Below are positions 1 through 7,512 of a DNA stretch of 64,000 nucleotides, piece after piece. The notes beneath the pieces are model-generated. The model was not told where the DNA came from and searched no databases. It saw only the letters and a program-made list of their open reading frames with translations. A program made the translations under genes and the position numbers. The stretch is from a virus. Taxonomy: Duplodnaviria > Caudoviricetes. Position 1 is the stretch's first letter. Every line of letters starts with the position of its first letter. The stretch is from the IMG/VR virus record IMGVR_UViG_3300031938_000001, positions 8,828 to 72,827 of that record; one strand, 5' to 3'.

Positions 1-1
1 G

Positions 2-190
2 CACGAGAACCCGCGCAAGCCCAAAGGCCCCCTCGAGGATGTGATCAAGGAGCTCTCCGACTGTGTGGGCGCGGCGCTGGGTGCCATCGAGCACCTGACC
101 GGCCACGAGGGGCGCTCGCTCGAGATCGTCGCGCAGCGCATCCGCGAAGTCTGCGAGCGTGTCGGCGTCCCCACCACGGACGGTGCGTGA
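2..190 (+). CDS. C-terminal fragment of a MazG-like nucleotide pyrophosphohydrolase (truncated by window start)
   Basis: Frame 2 reads HENPRKPKGPLEDVIKELSDCVGAALGAIEHL...DGA*. ENPRK followed by D-V-x-K-E-L-x-D resembles actinophage MazG-like proteins. Its stop overlaps the next start (GTGATG). Confidence 0.55.
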   Translation, partial: HENPRKPKGPLEDVIKELSDCVGAALGAIEHLTGHEGRSLEIVAQRIREVCERVGVPTTDGA

Positions 191-492
191 TGCAAGTCAT
201 CCACGTCTGCGGGTTCGGCACGAACGGCATCAAGGCATCCCTCGTTGAGGGGTCGCTGGCCGAGGTCGCCAACCGGACACTGGACGCGATCCGCAGCCAC
301 GGCCACGATGTGCGGGTCGCGACCGTCCGCGACCTCGACGGCTGGCTGAAGGAAGTCCACGCCACCGTCACCGTCGAGCCCGACCAGCCCATGTGGCACA
401 GGTTCATCACTCCGAGCGAGCCTTGGCCCATGGCGCCACCCGACAACAAGGAGAAGAAAGATGAGCCGAATCGTCATCCTCGAGGTGAGTGA
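187..492 (+). CDS. hypothetical protein
   Basis: 101-aa ORF, GC3-rich codons, start overlaps the upstream stop. Confidence 0.7.
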   Translation: MMQVIHVCGFGTNGIKASLVEGSLAEVANRTLDAIRSHGHDVRVATVRDLDGWLKEVHATVTVEPDQPMWHRFITPSEPWPMAPPDNKEKKDEPNRHPRGE

Positions 493-724
493 CGTGAACG
501 CCGAGGACAAGCTCGATGTGGCACTGATGACCCTCGACAAGGACTCGGTGCACAAGGTGTACTCGGCCCCGATTGGGACCATCAACAGCCGCCGCGACCA
601 CAAGCGCGAGGCGTTCCTCGAGTGGCTGCTGTCCATGGACGACCCGGACGACCATCAGGGCCTCGAGGAGCGCCGCACCGTCCGGCTGGACGAGATCATC
701 CGGCGCGCAAGGGCCGCCCGGTGA
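461..724 (+). CDS. hypothetical protein
   Basis: 87-aa ORF, purine-rich RBS (aaggagaagaaag) before ATG, TGA overlaps next GTG. Confidence 0.7.
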   Translation: MSRIVILEVSDVNAEDKLDVALMTLDKDSVHKVYSAPIGTINSRRDHKREAFLEWLLSMDDPDDHQGLEERRTVRLDEIIRRARAAR

Positions 725-972
725 GCGCCGCCTCCGCCTCGTTCGCCGCGCACGAGGCGATCCTCGCCGGAGAGTGGGACGGCTACCTCGACCGCATCGC
801 GATGGCGATCCGGCGCCGCCGCCGGATGTTCGACATGACCTCCCCGCCGCCCGAGCCCCTGCCTGCAGGTCAGGTGTGGGTGGCGATGAACGGGCCGGGG
901 CCGCCCCACTGGGAGCCGCGCGGCACGGGCGTCGTCATCGTCCTCGATGACAGCAGCCTTACCGATGGCTAG
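721..972 (+). CDS. hypothetical protein
   Basis: GTGA overlap with upstream stop; reads VSAASASFAAHEAILAGEWDGYLDRI... Confidence 0.6.
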   Translation: MSAASASFAAHEAILAGEWDGYLDRIAMAIRRRRRMFDMTSPPPEPLPAGQVWVAMNGPGPPHWEPRGTGVVIVLDDSSLTDG

Positions 973-1174
973 TCACCACAGGTCGTCGCCGCGTCCCTCC
1001 TCGATGGGGCGGCGTCCGGTCGTGACCGGAGACGAGCAGGACGTGCACACCGGCTGGCGTCACGTCTACAAGTACCTGCAGCGCAAGGGCGCTGTCGCAC
1101 GAGTCAAGAGATTCACCAACCGTCGCGAGCGTCGGCAGGCGCGCGCCATGATCAAGGAGCAGTTGGATGGCTAA
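965..1174 (+). CDS. small basic hypothetical protein
   Basis: ...GDEQDVHTGWRHVYKYLQRKG...RRERR; overlaps both neighbours by a few nt. Confidence 0.6.
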   Translation: MASHHRSSPRPSSMGRRPVVTGDEQDVHTGWRHVYKYLQRKGAVARVKRFTNRRERRQARAMIKEQLDG

Positions 1175-1355
1175 GAGGATCAACACCGCCCGGCAGGGCC
1201 GCCGCGCCCGCAAGCGCGCCATGGACACCGGCATCCGCAAGAAGACCCGCGAGATCAAGTCCACTGTGGACACCGCGAGGCAGCGGGGGCTCACGCACAA
1301 GATTGCCCAGCCGGAGGAGCGGCCCAGCCTCACCGATGAGATCTTCGGTGACTGA
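1167..1355 (+). CDS. small basic hypothetical protein
   Basis: 62-aa ORF with RBS aaggag; coupled to neighbours. Confidence 0.6.
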   Translation: MAKRINTARQGRRARKRAMDTGIRKKTREIKSTVDTARQRGLTHKIAQPEERPSLTDEIFGD

Positions 1356-1611
1356 CCACATCCACACCGCCCGGCCCGGCGAGCGCGAGTGCTTTGTCTG
1401 CAACGTGGACACGCTCGACGCCGCGCGAGCCGAACTGGGGCTGGCTCCCATGCACGAGCACGAGCCGGTGGAGCGTGAGTACGGACCCGACCAGAGTGTG
1501 ATCGAGTGCCGCAGGTGTGGCATCGAGTGGCCCTGCCCTGCAATCAAGGCGATCAACCGCAACGCGAAGATCGCTCGCGAGAGGCGTGCCTTGGAGCGCC
1601 AAAAGAGATAG
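1348..1611 (+). CDS. Cys/His-rich hypothetical protein (putative Zn-binding)
   Basis: GTG at 1348; CFVC and CRRC...WPC motifs. Confidence 0.6.
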   Translation: MTDHIHTARPGERECFVCNVDTLDAARAELGLAPMHEHEPVEREYGPDQSVIECRRCGIEWPCPAIKAINRNAKIARERRALERQKR

Positions 1612-1656
1612 CAGGCATGCTGGAGGGCGGCATACCCGTCGTGGCATGGTGACTCC

Positions 1657-1971
1657 ATGGCCGAGGGGTATGCCGCCATCGTGGAGAGCGCGCGCTGTGA
1701 TGCGTGCGGCTGCTCGTGGTTCCTCGTGCTCGGCGCCGAGGACGGTGACTACGCCGGGATGGGCTGCGTGCGAGTCAATGGCGCTGGCGTGGTCGTCGGC
1801 TACTCGGGCACGCTGGTGTGCGCCGATTGCGACGCGGTGATAAGTCTTCCGCAGTTGAGTGACATCCCCGACGAGCTGGGCGAGCTGGCGCTGGAATCGC
1901 TCTCATCTCCCGACGCACCCGCAGATCTCGTTCCGCCACGAAGAAAACTCACCGGTCCGGCGAAGGATTGA
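1657..1971 (+). CDS. Zn-ribbon-like hypothetical protein
   Basis: CDACGC and CADC motifs, 104 aa. Confidence 0.6.
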   Translation: MAEGYAAIVESARCDACGCSWFLVLGAEDGDYAGMGCVRVNGAGVVVGYSGTLVCADCDAVISLPQLSDIPDELGELALESLSSPDAPADLVPPRRKLTGPAKD

Positions 1972-2275
1972 CGTGCGCGCCGCTGAGCATCGAGATGAGG
2001 CGTATCGCCTCTATTCTCAGGGCAAGTCCTGTTGTGCGCAGATCCACGAGGCCATGTGGCGTGAGAAGAGTCGGAAGTGGGCTGGCTTTAACGCCGGCAA
2101 GCAATCCTTCCGTCGCCCCCTGCGACCCTTGCGCATCCTTGAATATCCTCTGCGCATCCTTGGGATTACTGGACCCGGCGTGCGGCCACTCATCTCATCT
2201 CTGTCGTTCGCCGATAGCAAACCCGCGCGTGTTGGTGTTGGCCCCGCCCCGTGGCCCCGAAGTACCGTCACTGGT

Positions 2276-2479
2276 ATGACTCGACGCCTGCACCAGACCA
2301 CGGACCGCCGCCGCATCGGCCCCAACGCCATGCTGGACGCGGAGTTCGACCGCCAGTTCAACAACGCTCGCCGTCTCGCCTACGGGTGGTTCATGTTCTG
2401 CGCCTGTGTGGCCGTGATCATGCTCGGCCTCGTCGTGTGGGCGGTCATCGAGATAGTCTCGTGGCTCACGAGCAAGTAG
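2276..2479 (+). CDS. small membrane protein
   Basis: C-terminal hydrophobic stretch AYGWFMFCACVAVIMLGLVVWAVIEIVSWL; the start could instead be the ATG of MLDAEF. Confidence 0.55.
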   Translation: MTRRLHQTTDRRRIGPNAMLDAEFDRQFNNARRLAYGWFMFCACVAVIMLGLVVWAVIEIVSWLTSK

Positions 2480-2598
2480 AGTCCCAGCGCTCCGACGAGC
2501 TCGCCGGGCTCGGGCTCGGCTTCGCTCTCGCCTTGGGGTTGTGGACCTTCCTCTGGAAGTGGAGGGTCGGCCAGTGGGTTCGGCGCAACCTCGGATGA
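2461..2598 (+). CDS. small membrane peptide
   Basis: GTG at 2461; LAGLGLGFALALGLWTFLW hydrophobic segment followed by a basic tail. Confidence 0.4.
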   Translation: MAHEQVESQRSDELAGLGLGFALALGLWTFLWKWRVGQWVRRNLG

Positions 2599-2606
2599 CA
2601 CCCCCC

Positions 2607-2681
2607 GCCCCCGTAGCCCAAATGGCAGAGGCGCCGGCTTCAAGTACCGGATAGTGAGGGTTCGAGTCCCTCCGTGGGGCA
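2607..2681 (+). tRNA. tRNA-Leu(CAA) with short variable arm
   Basis: Cloverleaf by eye: acceptor GCCCCCG/CG(T)GGGGC, D-arm GCC..GGC, anticodon stem CCGG/CCGG with loop TT-CAA-GT, T-arm GAGGG-TTCGAGT-CCCTC, discriminator A; no encoded CCA. Confidence 0.85.
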
Positions 2682-2703
2682 CAACGACGAAGGAGTACAT
2701 CCC

Positions 2704-3000
2704 GTGAAGAACCAGATTCGGCGGTTGCGCCAGCGCAACCCGCTGACCCGGTGGAATCGCAAGCAGAGGCTTGCCTCGCCGGGCCGCTACTACGGCGACG
2801 GCGGCACGATCCACCACACCGGCTACCTCGACGTGGAGGTCCACAAGGGCCGCGTCGTCTCGGTGTGGTTCCGCTGCCAGCCGCTCGCCTTCAAGGCGGT
2901 CGATGTCCACGATGAGCGCGCGGCCGAGATGGACCGCATGATGGCCGACGGCGCGGGCGCTGGCATCACTGGCGTGGAGGTGCACGATGGCCGAGCATGA
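2704..3000 (+). CDS. hypothetical protein
   Basis: RBS aaggag before GTG 2704; 98 aa. Confidence 0.7.
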   Translation: MKNQIRRLRQRNPLTRWNRKQRLASPGRYYGDGGTIHHTGYLDVEVHKGRVVSVWFRCQPLAFKAVDVHDERAAEMDRMMADGAGAGITGVEVHDGRA

Positions 3001-3214
3001 GCGCAGCGCCGACGAGGTGAACGAGGAGGCTCAGCGCCTTCTCGGCGTCGCCGGGCTCGCCACCGAAGGCTCGATGACTGAGGCCGGAGGCTCGCTGCAC
3101 GAGGTGTATCTCTCCTTCGTGGATGCGGGCTTCACCACCCGACAGGCCCTGTGGCTGGTCGGCACCATGGTGTCGCTCCACGGCCCCGGCCTTCCGCCCG
3201 AACCGGGAGACTGA
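2987..3214 (+). CDS. hypothetical protein
   Basis: 75 aa with RBS ggaggtg; ...LHEVYLSFVDAGFTTRQALWLV... Confidence 0.7.
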   Translation: MAEHERSADEVNEEAQRLLGVAGLATEGSMTEAGGSLHEVYLSFVDAGFTTRQALWLVGTMVSLHGPGLPPEPGD

Positions 3215-3215
3215 G

Positions 3216-3422
3216 ATGAAGACATTCCACCTGCAGCGCGACGTAGACGTGTCCGGCATCTCCGGCACCGGCATCGTGGCCGATGGGGTCGTGTTCCCCG
3301 ATGGGGCATGCGTGATCCGGTGGCGAGGCGAGCGGCAGTCCACTGTCGTATGGCCCTCAATCGAGGACGTGGAGGCGATCCACGGCCACGGCGGAGCCAC
3401 CCGGATCGTGTGGGCCGACTGA
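3216..3422 (+). CDS. hypothetical protein of a type recurrent in actinophages
   Basis: MKTFHLQRDVDVSGISGTGIVADGVVFPDG...WRG...IHGHGGATRIVW. Confidence 0.75.
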   Translation: MKTFHLQRDVDVSGISGTGIVADGVVFPDGACVIRWRGERQSTVVWPSIEDVEAIHGHGGATRIVWAD

Positions 3423-3553
3423 TGGGCTGCCCCTACGCCCCGCGCGGCTGGCGCTGCTCCCACGACGCGCCCCACGACGGCCCCTGCCCGCTGTGGCCGC
3501 GCTGGTGGAACATCGTGGCCCGCTGGCGCCACCGCGACAGCCTGAGCCGTTAG
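3422..3553 (+). CDS. small Cys/His peptide
   Basis: MGCPYAPRGWRCSHDAPHDGPC; start overlaps upstream stop (TGATG). Confidence 0.5.
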   Translation: MGCPYAPRGWRCSHDAPHDGPCPLWPRWWNIVARWRHRDSLSR

Positions 3554-3772
3554 ATGCGCCGGATCATCGCCCGCGCTCGCGAGCACCGCGAAAAGAGGAA
3601 CCGGATGACGCGGCGCTCGGTGCGTCAAGCACCTTGCCCACGCCACCCGGTTCCGGATATGGCGGTCGCCGACCTATCCGCCCACTGCATCGGCGCGCGC
3701 TGCTGGGTGAGTGAGCTCCTCCCCGACCACGCTCGACTCACTCTCGAGCGCCTTGAGGGTCTCGAGCCGTAG
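3554..3772 (+). CDS. hypothetical protein
   Basis: Abuts upstream stop; its 3' end overlaps the convergent ORF. Confidence 0.35.
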   Translation: MRRIIARAREHREKRNRMTRRSVRQAPCPRHPVPDMAVADLSAHCIGARCWVSELLPDHARLTLERLEGLEP

Positions 3773-3994
3773 GTCTTCCCACGGGTCGTATGGCACGAAG
3801 CGCTCCAACTTCGTGAGGTGGAAGCCCCCACACTGGTCGCAGTCGTAGTAGCGCCTCTCGCGCCGAGACCCACCGTGCCAGCGGTTCTCCTGCATCTTAC
3901 GGCTCTGGCGAAGCGCCGCCTCCGCATCTTCCTCGGTGCGGAAGCGGCGCTTTCCCGTTGCCTTGCAGGTGCTGTAGTTCGTACGTCGTCCCAT
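3674..3994 (-). CDS. Zn-finger-like hypothetical protein
   Basis: CKATGKRRF...YYDCDQCGGFHLT pattern, common in actinophage small proteins. Confidence 0.7.
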   Translation of the reverse strand: MGRRTNYSTCKATGKRRFRTEEDAEAALRQSRKMQENRWHGGSRRERRYYDCDQCGGFHLTKLERFVPYDPWEDLRLETLKALESESSVVGEELTHPAARADAVGG

Positions 3995-3999
3995 GGCCG

Positions 4000-5982
4000 T
4001 CAGTCCTCGTTGACGACGCGGTAGCGAGCGACCTTCTTCCCACCGTCGGTCTTCGAGATGACTTCCTCGATTTCACCGACCTCTTGCATCAACTTCAACA
4101 CCCGAGCGTAGTTCTCGAGTGCAATCTTCTTGCGCTTCAACAGGTTGCGCAGTTCGCGGCGGCTGATCGCGCGCTTGTGCCTCGTCTGGTAGTTCCGCAT
4201 CGCGCCGATGATGTACTGGTGCGCATCCTCCAGCGGCCCCATGCCGATGTCGCCGCCGAGCATCTTGTAGGAACGCCGCAGGTACTCCCACATGCTGATC
4301 GCGTCCGTGGCGGTCGCCGCGCTGACGTTGCGTTCACCCCGGTCGATGGCGAGCAGGAGCATGATCTTCTTGAGATGAAGGTCGGTACGAGTGAGGAGTG
4401 ACTCCTCCTCCTCGGCCCGGCTCGGCTCGAGGGTGCTGTGGAAGAACTCGTCCCACACCTTGAACGCCTCGTCGGTGAGCCCGATGCTGTCCACCGAGGA
4501 TGACCATGCGCGAATCTTGCGCAGCAGGTCCACACACTCGGTGATGTCGATCCTCCGGCGGCCGAACGACACCTTCACCTTGTCTCGTCCGCAAGCGAAG
4601 ATCCAGCGGTTCAGGAACCCGCTGTCGGCGTCGGACGCTACGAGCAGGTCGCGGACCGCCCTTGGCTGGGTGGACGTGACGCACGAGGCGAACGGCAGGT
4701 TGGCGATGGCGTGGCCCGCGCCGCGTGACTTCAACTCGACAATGCGCTCGCCGTCGAAGAACGACATGAGCGTCGGCTTCATCACCGACCCGGCCCGCGA
4801 GCCGCGCCCGGTCAGGGTCGCCAACTCATCGAATCGTACGAGCCCGCGCACGGGCGAGTGCCCGATCAACTTCTTGGGGTCTGTCGGGTCATAGATTGGC
4901 TTGCTGAAGGCATCGACTAGCGACTCGGCGCTGCCGGGGCTGGGCACGAGGTAGGTGCCGCTGCTGGCCGGGTCGTCCGGGTCGTACGGGAGCGCCTCGC
5001 GCAGCAGTTCCGTGAGCGCGCGCTGGGCTCGCGACTTGCCCTGACCCGACGGGCCAAAGAGGCAGATGAACAGGTTGGCGTTGACCGCCGGGCTGTCGGA
5101 GAGCACCGTGTCCCGCCCGACCGCGAGCCCGATGGCCTGCATCCCGAGCCAGAAGTAGAACTCGTCCGGCAGGTCATCTCCGCTGGTCGCCTCCATCCAG
5201 CGGCGCAGGAACGAGTCTGGCGGCGTGACGGCATACCAGTCAATAGTCGGATACTCGAGAAGTTCCTCGTCTTCGAAGTCATCGGGAACAGGGAAGTGGA
5301 GCACGGCCGCCGTGGGCTCGTCGTCACCCTTCGCGCCCTTCGCATCCGGCTTCGCATCGTGCTCGACGACGGGCTTCGGATCCTCGACGACGGCATCGTC
5401 GGTTACGTCCGACTCAATCTCGATGCGTTCGATGTACTCCTTGCCGCCGAGAGTCCGCTTGATGACGTAGCCGAGGTCCTCGGCGATCCGGCGCCGCAGG
5501 TCGGGGAAGTTCTTGCCGTCCTTGTAGCCGGGGACATCGAAGCCGTGGTGGTATGCCGCGATGTCGAACTTGTCGCCACCCTCGTTGCACGAGCCGCAGA
5601 ACCAAGTCTCCTTGTCGAGGTTGATCCATGCGCTCGGGTTCTTGTCGGGGTGCTCGGGCTTGGGGCAGGAGACCATGATTGACTCGCGCTTGCCGCGCGG
5701 GTTCGGCTCCATCTTTCCGCACCAGCGCCGGTACGCCTCGAGGATGTCGATTGAGTCAACGAGCCTGTCGATTTCGTCGTCGTCTTCGTTGTGCTCGTAG
5801 CCCGGCTCTACTTCGGGGATCAGGTCCGCGTCGTGCTCGACGGTCGCGACCGGGACCGGGGTGAGCGGCCGAACGGGCTTGACGTTGGCGTCTTCTCCGG
5901 GTGAATCCATCTCTACTGCGAGCGGCTTCTCGGCCCGCTCCGCCTGCAGCCTGCGCAGACGCTCTTGGAAGGATTCGCTCAC
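4000..5982 (-). CDS. CHC2-type Zn finger fused to a DUF3987-like P-loop NTPase (putative primase-associated helicase)
   Basis: CPKPEH...SAWIN...WFCGSC Zn finger; Walker A GPSGQGKS; RFDEL Walker B-like; GFLNRW; GTG at 5982 overlaps upstream TGA. Confidence 0.75.
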   Translation of the reverse strand: MSESFQERLRRLQAERAEKPLAVEMDSPGEDANVKPVRPLTPVPVATVEHDADLIPEVEPGYEHNEDDDEIDRLVDSIDILEAYRRWCGKMEPNPRGKRESIMVSCPKPEHPDKNPSAWINLDKETWFCGSCNEGGDKFDIAAYHHGFDVPGYKDGKNFPDLRRRIAEDLGYVIKRTLGGKEYIERIEIESDVTDDAVVEDPKPVVEHDAKPDAKGAKGDDEPTAAVLHFPVPDDFEDEELLEYPTIDWYAVTPPDSFLRRWMEATSGDDLPDEFYFWLGMQAIGLAVGRDTVLSDSPAVNANLFICLFGPSGQGKSRAQRALTELLREALPYDPDDPASSGTYLVPSPGSAESLVDAFSKPIYDPTDPKKLIGHSPVRGLVRFDELATLTGRGSRAGSVMKPTLMSFFDGERIVELKSRGAGHAIANLPFASCVTSTQPRAVRDLLVASDADSGFLNRWIFACGRDKVKVSFGRRRIDITECVDLLRKIRAWSSSVDSIGLTDEAFKVWDEFFHSTLEPSRAEEEESLLTRTDLHLKKIMLLLAIDRGERNVSAATATDAISMWEYLRRSYKMLGGDIGMGPLEDAHQYIIGAMRNYQTRHKRAISRRELRNLLKRKKIALENYARVLKLMQEVGEIEEVISKTDGGKKVARYRVVNED

Positions 5983-6206
5983 GCCGCAGCCTCCGCCATC
6001 TCGGCCTTGTGGGCGTTGTGCCAGCGCTTGCGGGCGCGATAGGTCGAGAGGTGTGGGCTCCGCTCGCCGCACGAGCACACCGCGTGCCCGTCGCCAGCCG
6101 CCGAGCCGACGGGGCTCAGCCGACTCCGGTAGAACACCAGACAGTCATCTCTCACGCACGTCGGGTGGGCGAATGCCGCCCCCGCGTCCTCCAGCAGGTG
6201 CTTCAT
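5979..6206 (-). CDS. small Zn-binding hypothetical protein
   Basis: GHAVCSCG...WHNAH motif; ATGA overlap with the primase stop. Confidence 0.7.
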   Translation of the reverse strand: MKHLLEDAGAAFAHPTCVRDDCLVFYRSRLSPVGSAAGDGHAVCSCGERSPHLSTYRARKRWHNAHKAEMAEAAA

Positions 6207-7129
6207 GCCCACGTCAGCCCTTCAGTCATGGACTCCATGGCGTCGGCCTCGGTCAGCGTGCCGAACGGGCCGTACTTGAGGAAGTAGCCGCGATTGCCGG
6301 ACTTGCGGTTGACCCCGAGGGGGAGCCGGATGAGGTTGCCGAGGTCCTTGCCGTCGAGCGCGTCCTGCTTCGGGAAGACCTCGATGCTGATGGGGTCGAA
6401 CGCTTCGCGCTGGTCGCGGAAGAAGATGTTCCCCCGGTGCGCCGCGTAGTGGTCGAAGGACTCCAGCACGAGCGACGCGGCCATGCGGATGTCGGCGGCG
6501 GGCTGCTCGCCGACGAGGCCGTAGACGTGCAGGCCCTTGTTGCCACTGTAAGAGATGGCGACGGGGATCTCGAGGAGCTCGTTCGCCTTCGCCGCCAGCG
6601 CGAACGCCGTCTCCTGCAGCAGGCTGGTCAGCGCGAGCGTGTCGGGGCTGGTGCCGATGCCGATCTCGTGCTCATGGGACATCTCCTCGCAGCGCGGCGG
6701 CTGGAAGTCGGTGTACCACCCCTTCATGCAGACGGTGCACCACTGCCACATGCGCTCGGGGTGCCACACGTCGCGGGCGCTGCCCTCGCGCTCGATCAAC
6801 GTCTCGTTGTCGCGCGGGTCGAGCACGGACCACTTGACCGGGCGCCGCTCGTTGTCGTGTGAGCGGAACTCCTTCTCGAGGTCGATGTCGAAGCAGAACA
6901 CCTTCGCGGTGTTGTCCTTCGAGAGCACGTAGTGGCCGAACGTCTGCTTGCCCTCGACGTGAGCCATGAGGTCACCCATGGTCCACGGAAGGCGCTCGCT
7001 GCTCGGCTCCTTGGGATTGACCACGACCGGCATGTACGCGCCGTGACGGGTCTGGATCGCCTTTACGTCTCGACGTGCGATGAACGTCTTTGCGATCTGT
7101 GCTGCTAGAGTGCCGGTGTCGGCCGACAA
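6203..7129 (-). CDS. archaeo-eukaryotic primase (AEP/PrimPol superfamily)
   Basis: Motif I FDID, motif II SGNKGLH, EVFPKQ and GNLIRLPLG; TTG start with RBS aggagg. Confidence 0.8.
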   Translation of the reverse strand: MSADTGTLAAQIAKTFIARRDVKAIQTRHGAYMPVVVNPKEPSSERLPWTMGDLMAHVEGKQTFGHYVLSKDNTAKVFCFDIDLEKEFRSHDNERRPVKWSVLDPRDNETLIEREGSARDVWHPERMWQWCTVCMKGWYTDFQPPRCEEMSHEHEIGIGTSPDTLALTSLLQETAFALAAKANELLEIPVAISYSGNKGLHVYGLVGEQPAADIRMAASLVLESFDHYAAHRGNIFFRDQREAFDPISIEVFPKQDALDGKDLGNLIRLPLGVNRKSGNRGYFLKYGPFGTLTEADAMESMTEGLTWA

Positions 7130-7512
7130 AGTATCCTCCTGCGGGGAACAGTGAGACCCACCCGAGATGCGTCCAACTATGCCGGTCGGGCGCTGCTATT
7201 GGGTGGGGCTGGCGGTTGCTGGGTGCCCGAATCCTAGCGGTGAAATAACAGCGCTGTCATTCGGGGGCGTACCCGCCCACGCTACCCCAATCCGCCCCGA
7301 CGATCCCGCATTGACCCGTGCATTCGACGTACGCGAGCCGTCACGATCAGTGCCTACAATGGAACGGCTGCGCCGGGTCCACTGAACCTGTCGTTTGCTG
7401 GGAGGCGGCCCTCCGATACCCCGTGCCGGGGGTGGGGGGCCGCCATTCTCTTTGAACCGCGTTCTGCGTTGATGCTACCTGCATAGGGCGAACGTCCTGT
7501 ACCGTCAGGCTC

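Noticed and set aside
2638-2646. Reading the tRNA as an opal suppressor/Sec tRNA (anticodon TCA)
   Set aside because: That register breaks the CCGG/CCGG stem; CAA with U33, G37 and A73 fits Leu.
3950-3956. In-frame G GGA AAG heptamer in ORF 3674..3994
   Set aside because: The -1 frame hits TAA within about 19 codons and encodes nothing recognisable; probably chance.
7130-7512. ncRNA in the divergent primase/packaging intergenic region
   Set aside because: No convincing long stems or known RNA motif by eye; best explained as divergent promoter space.
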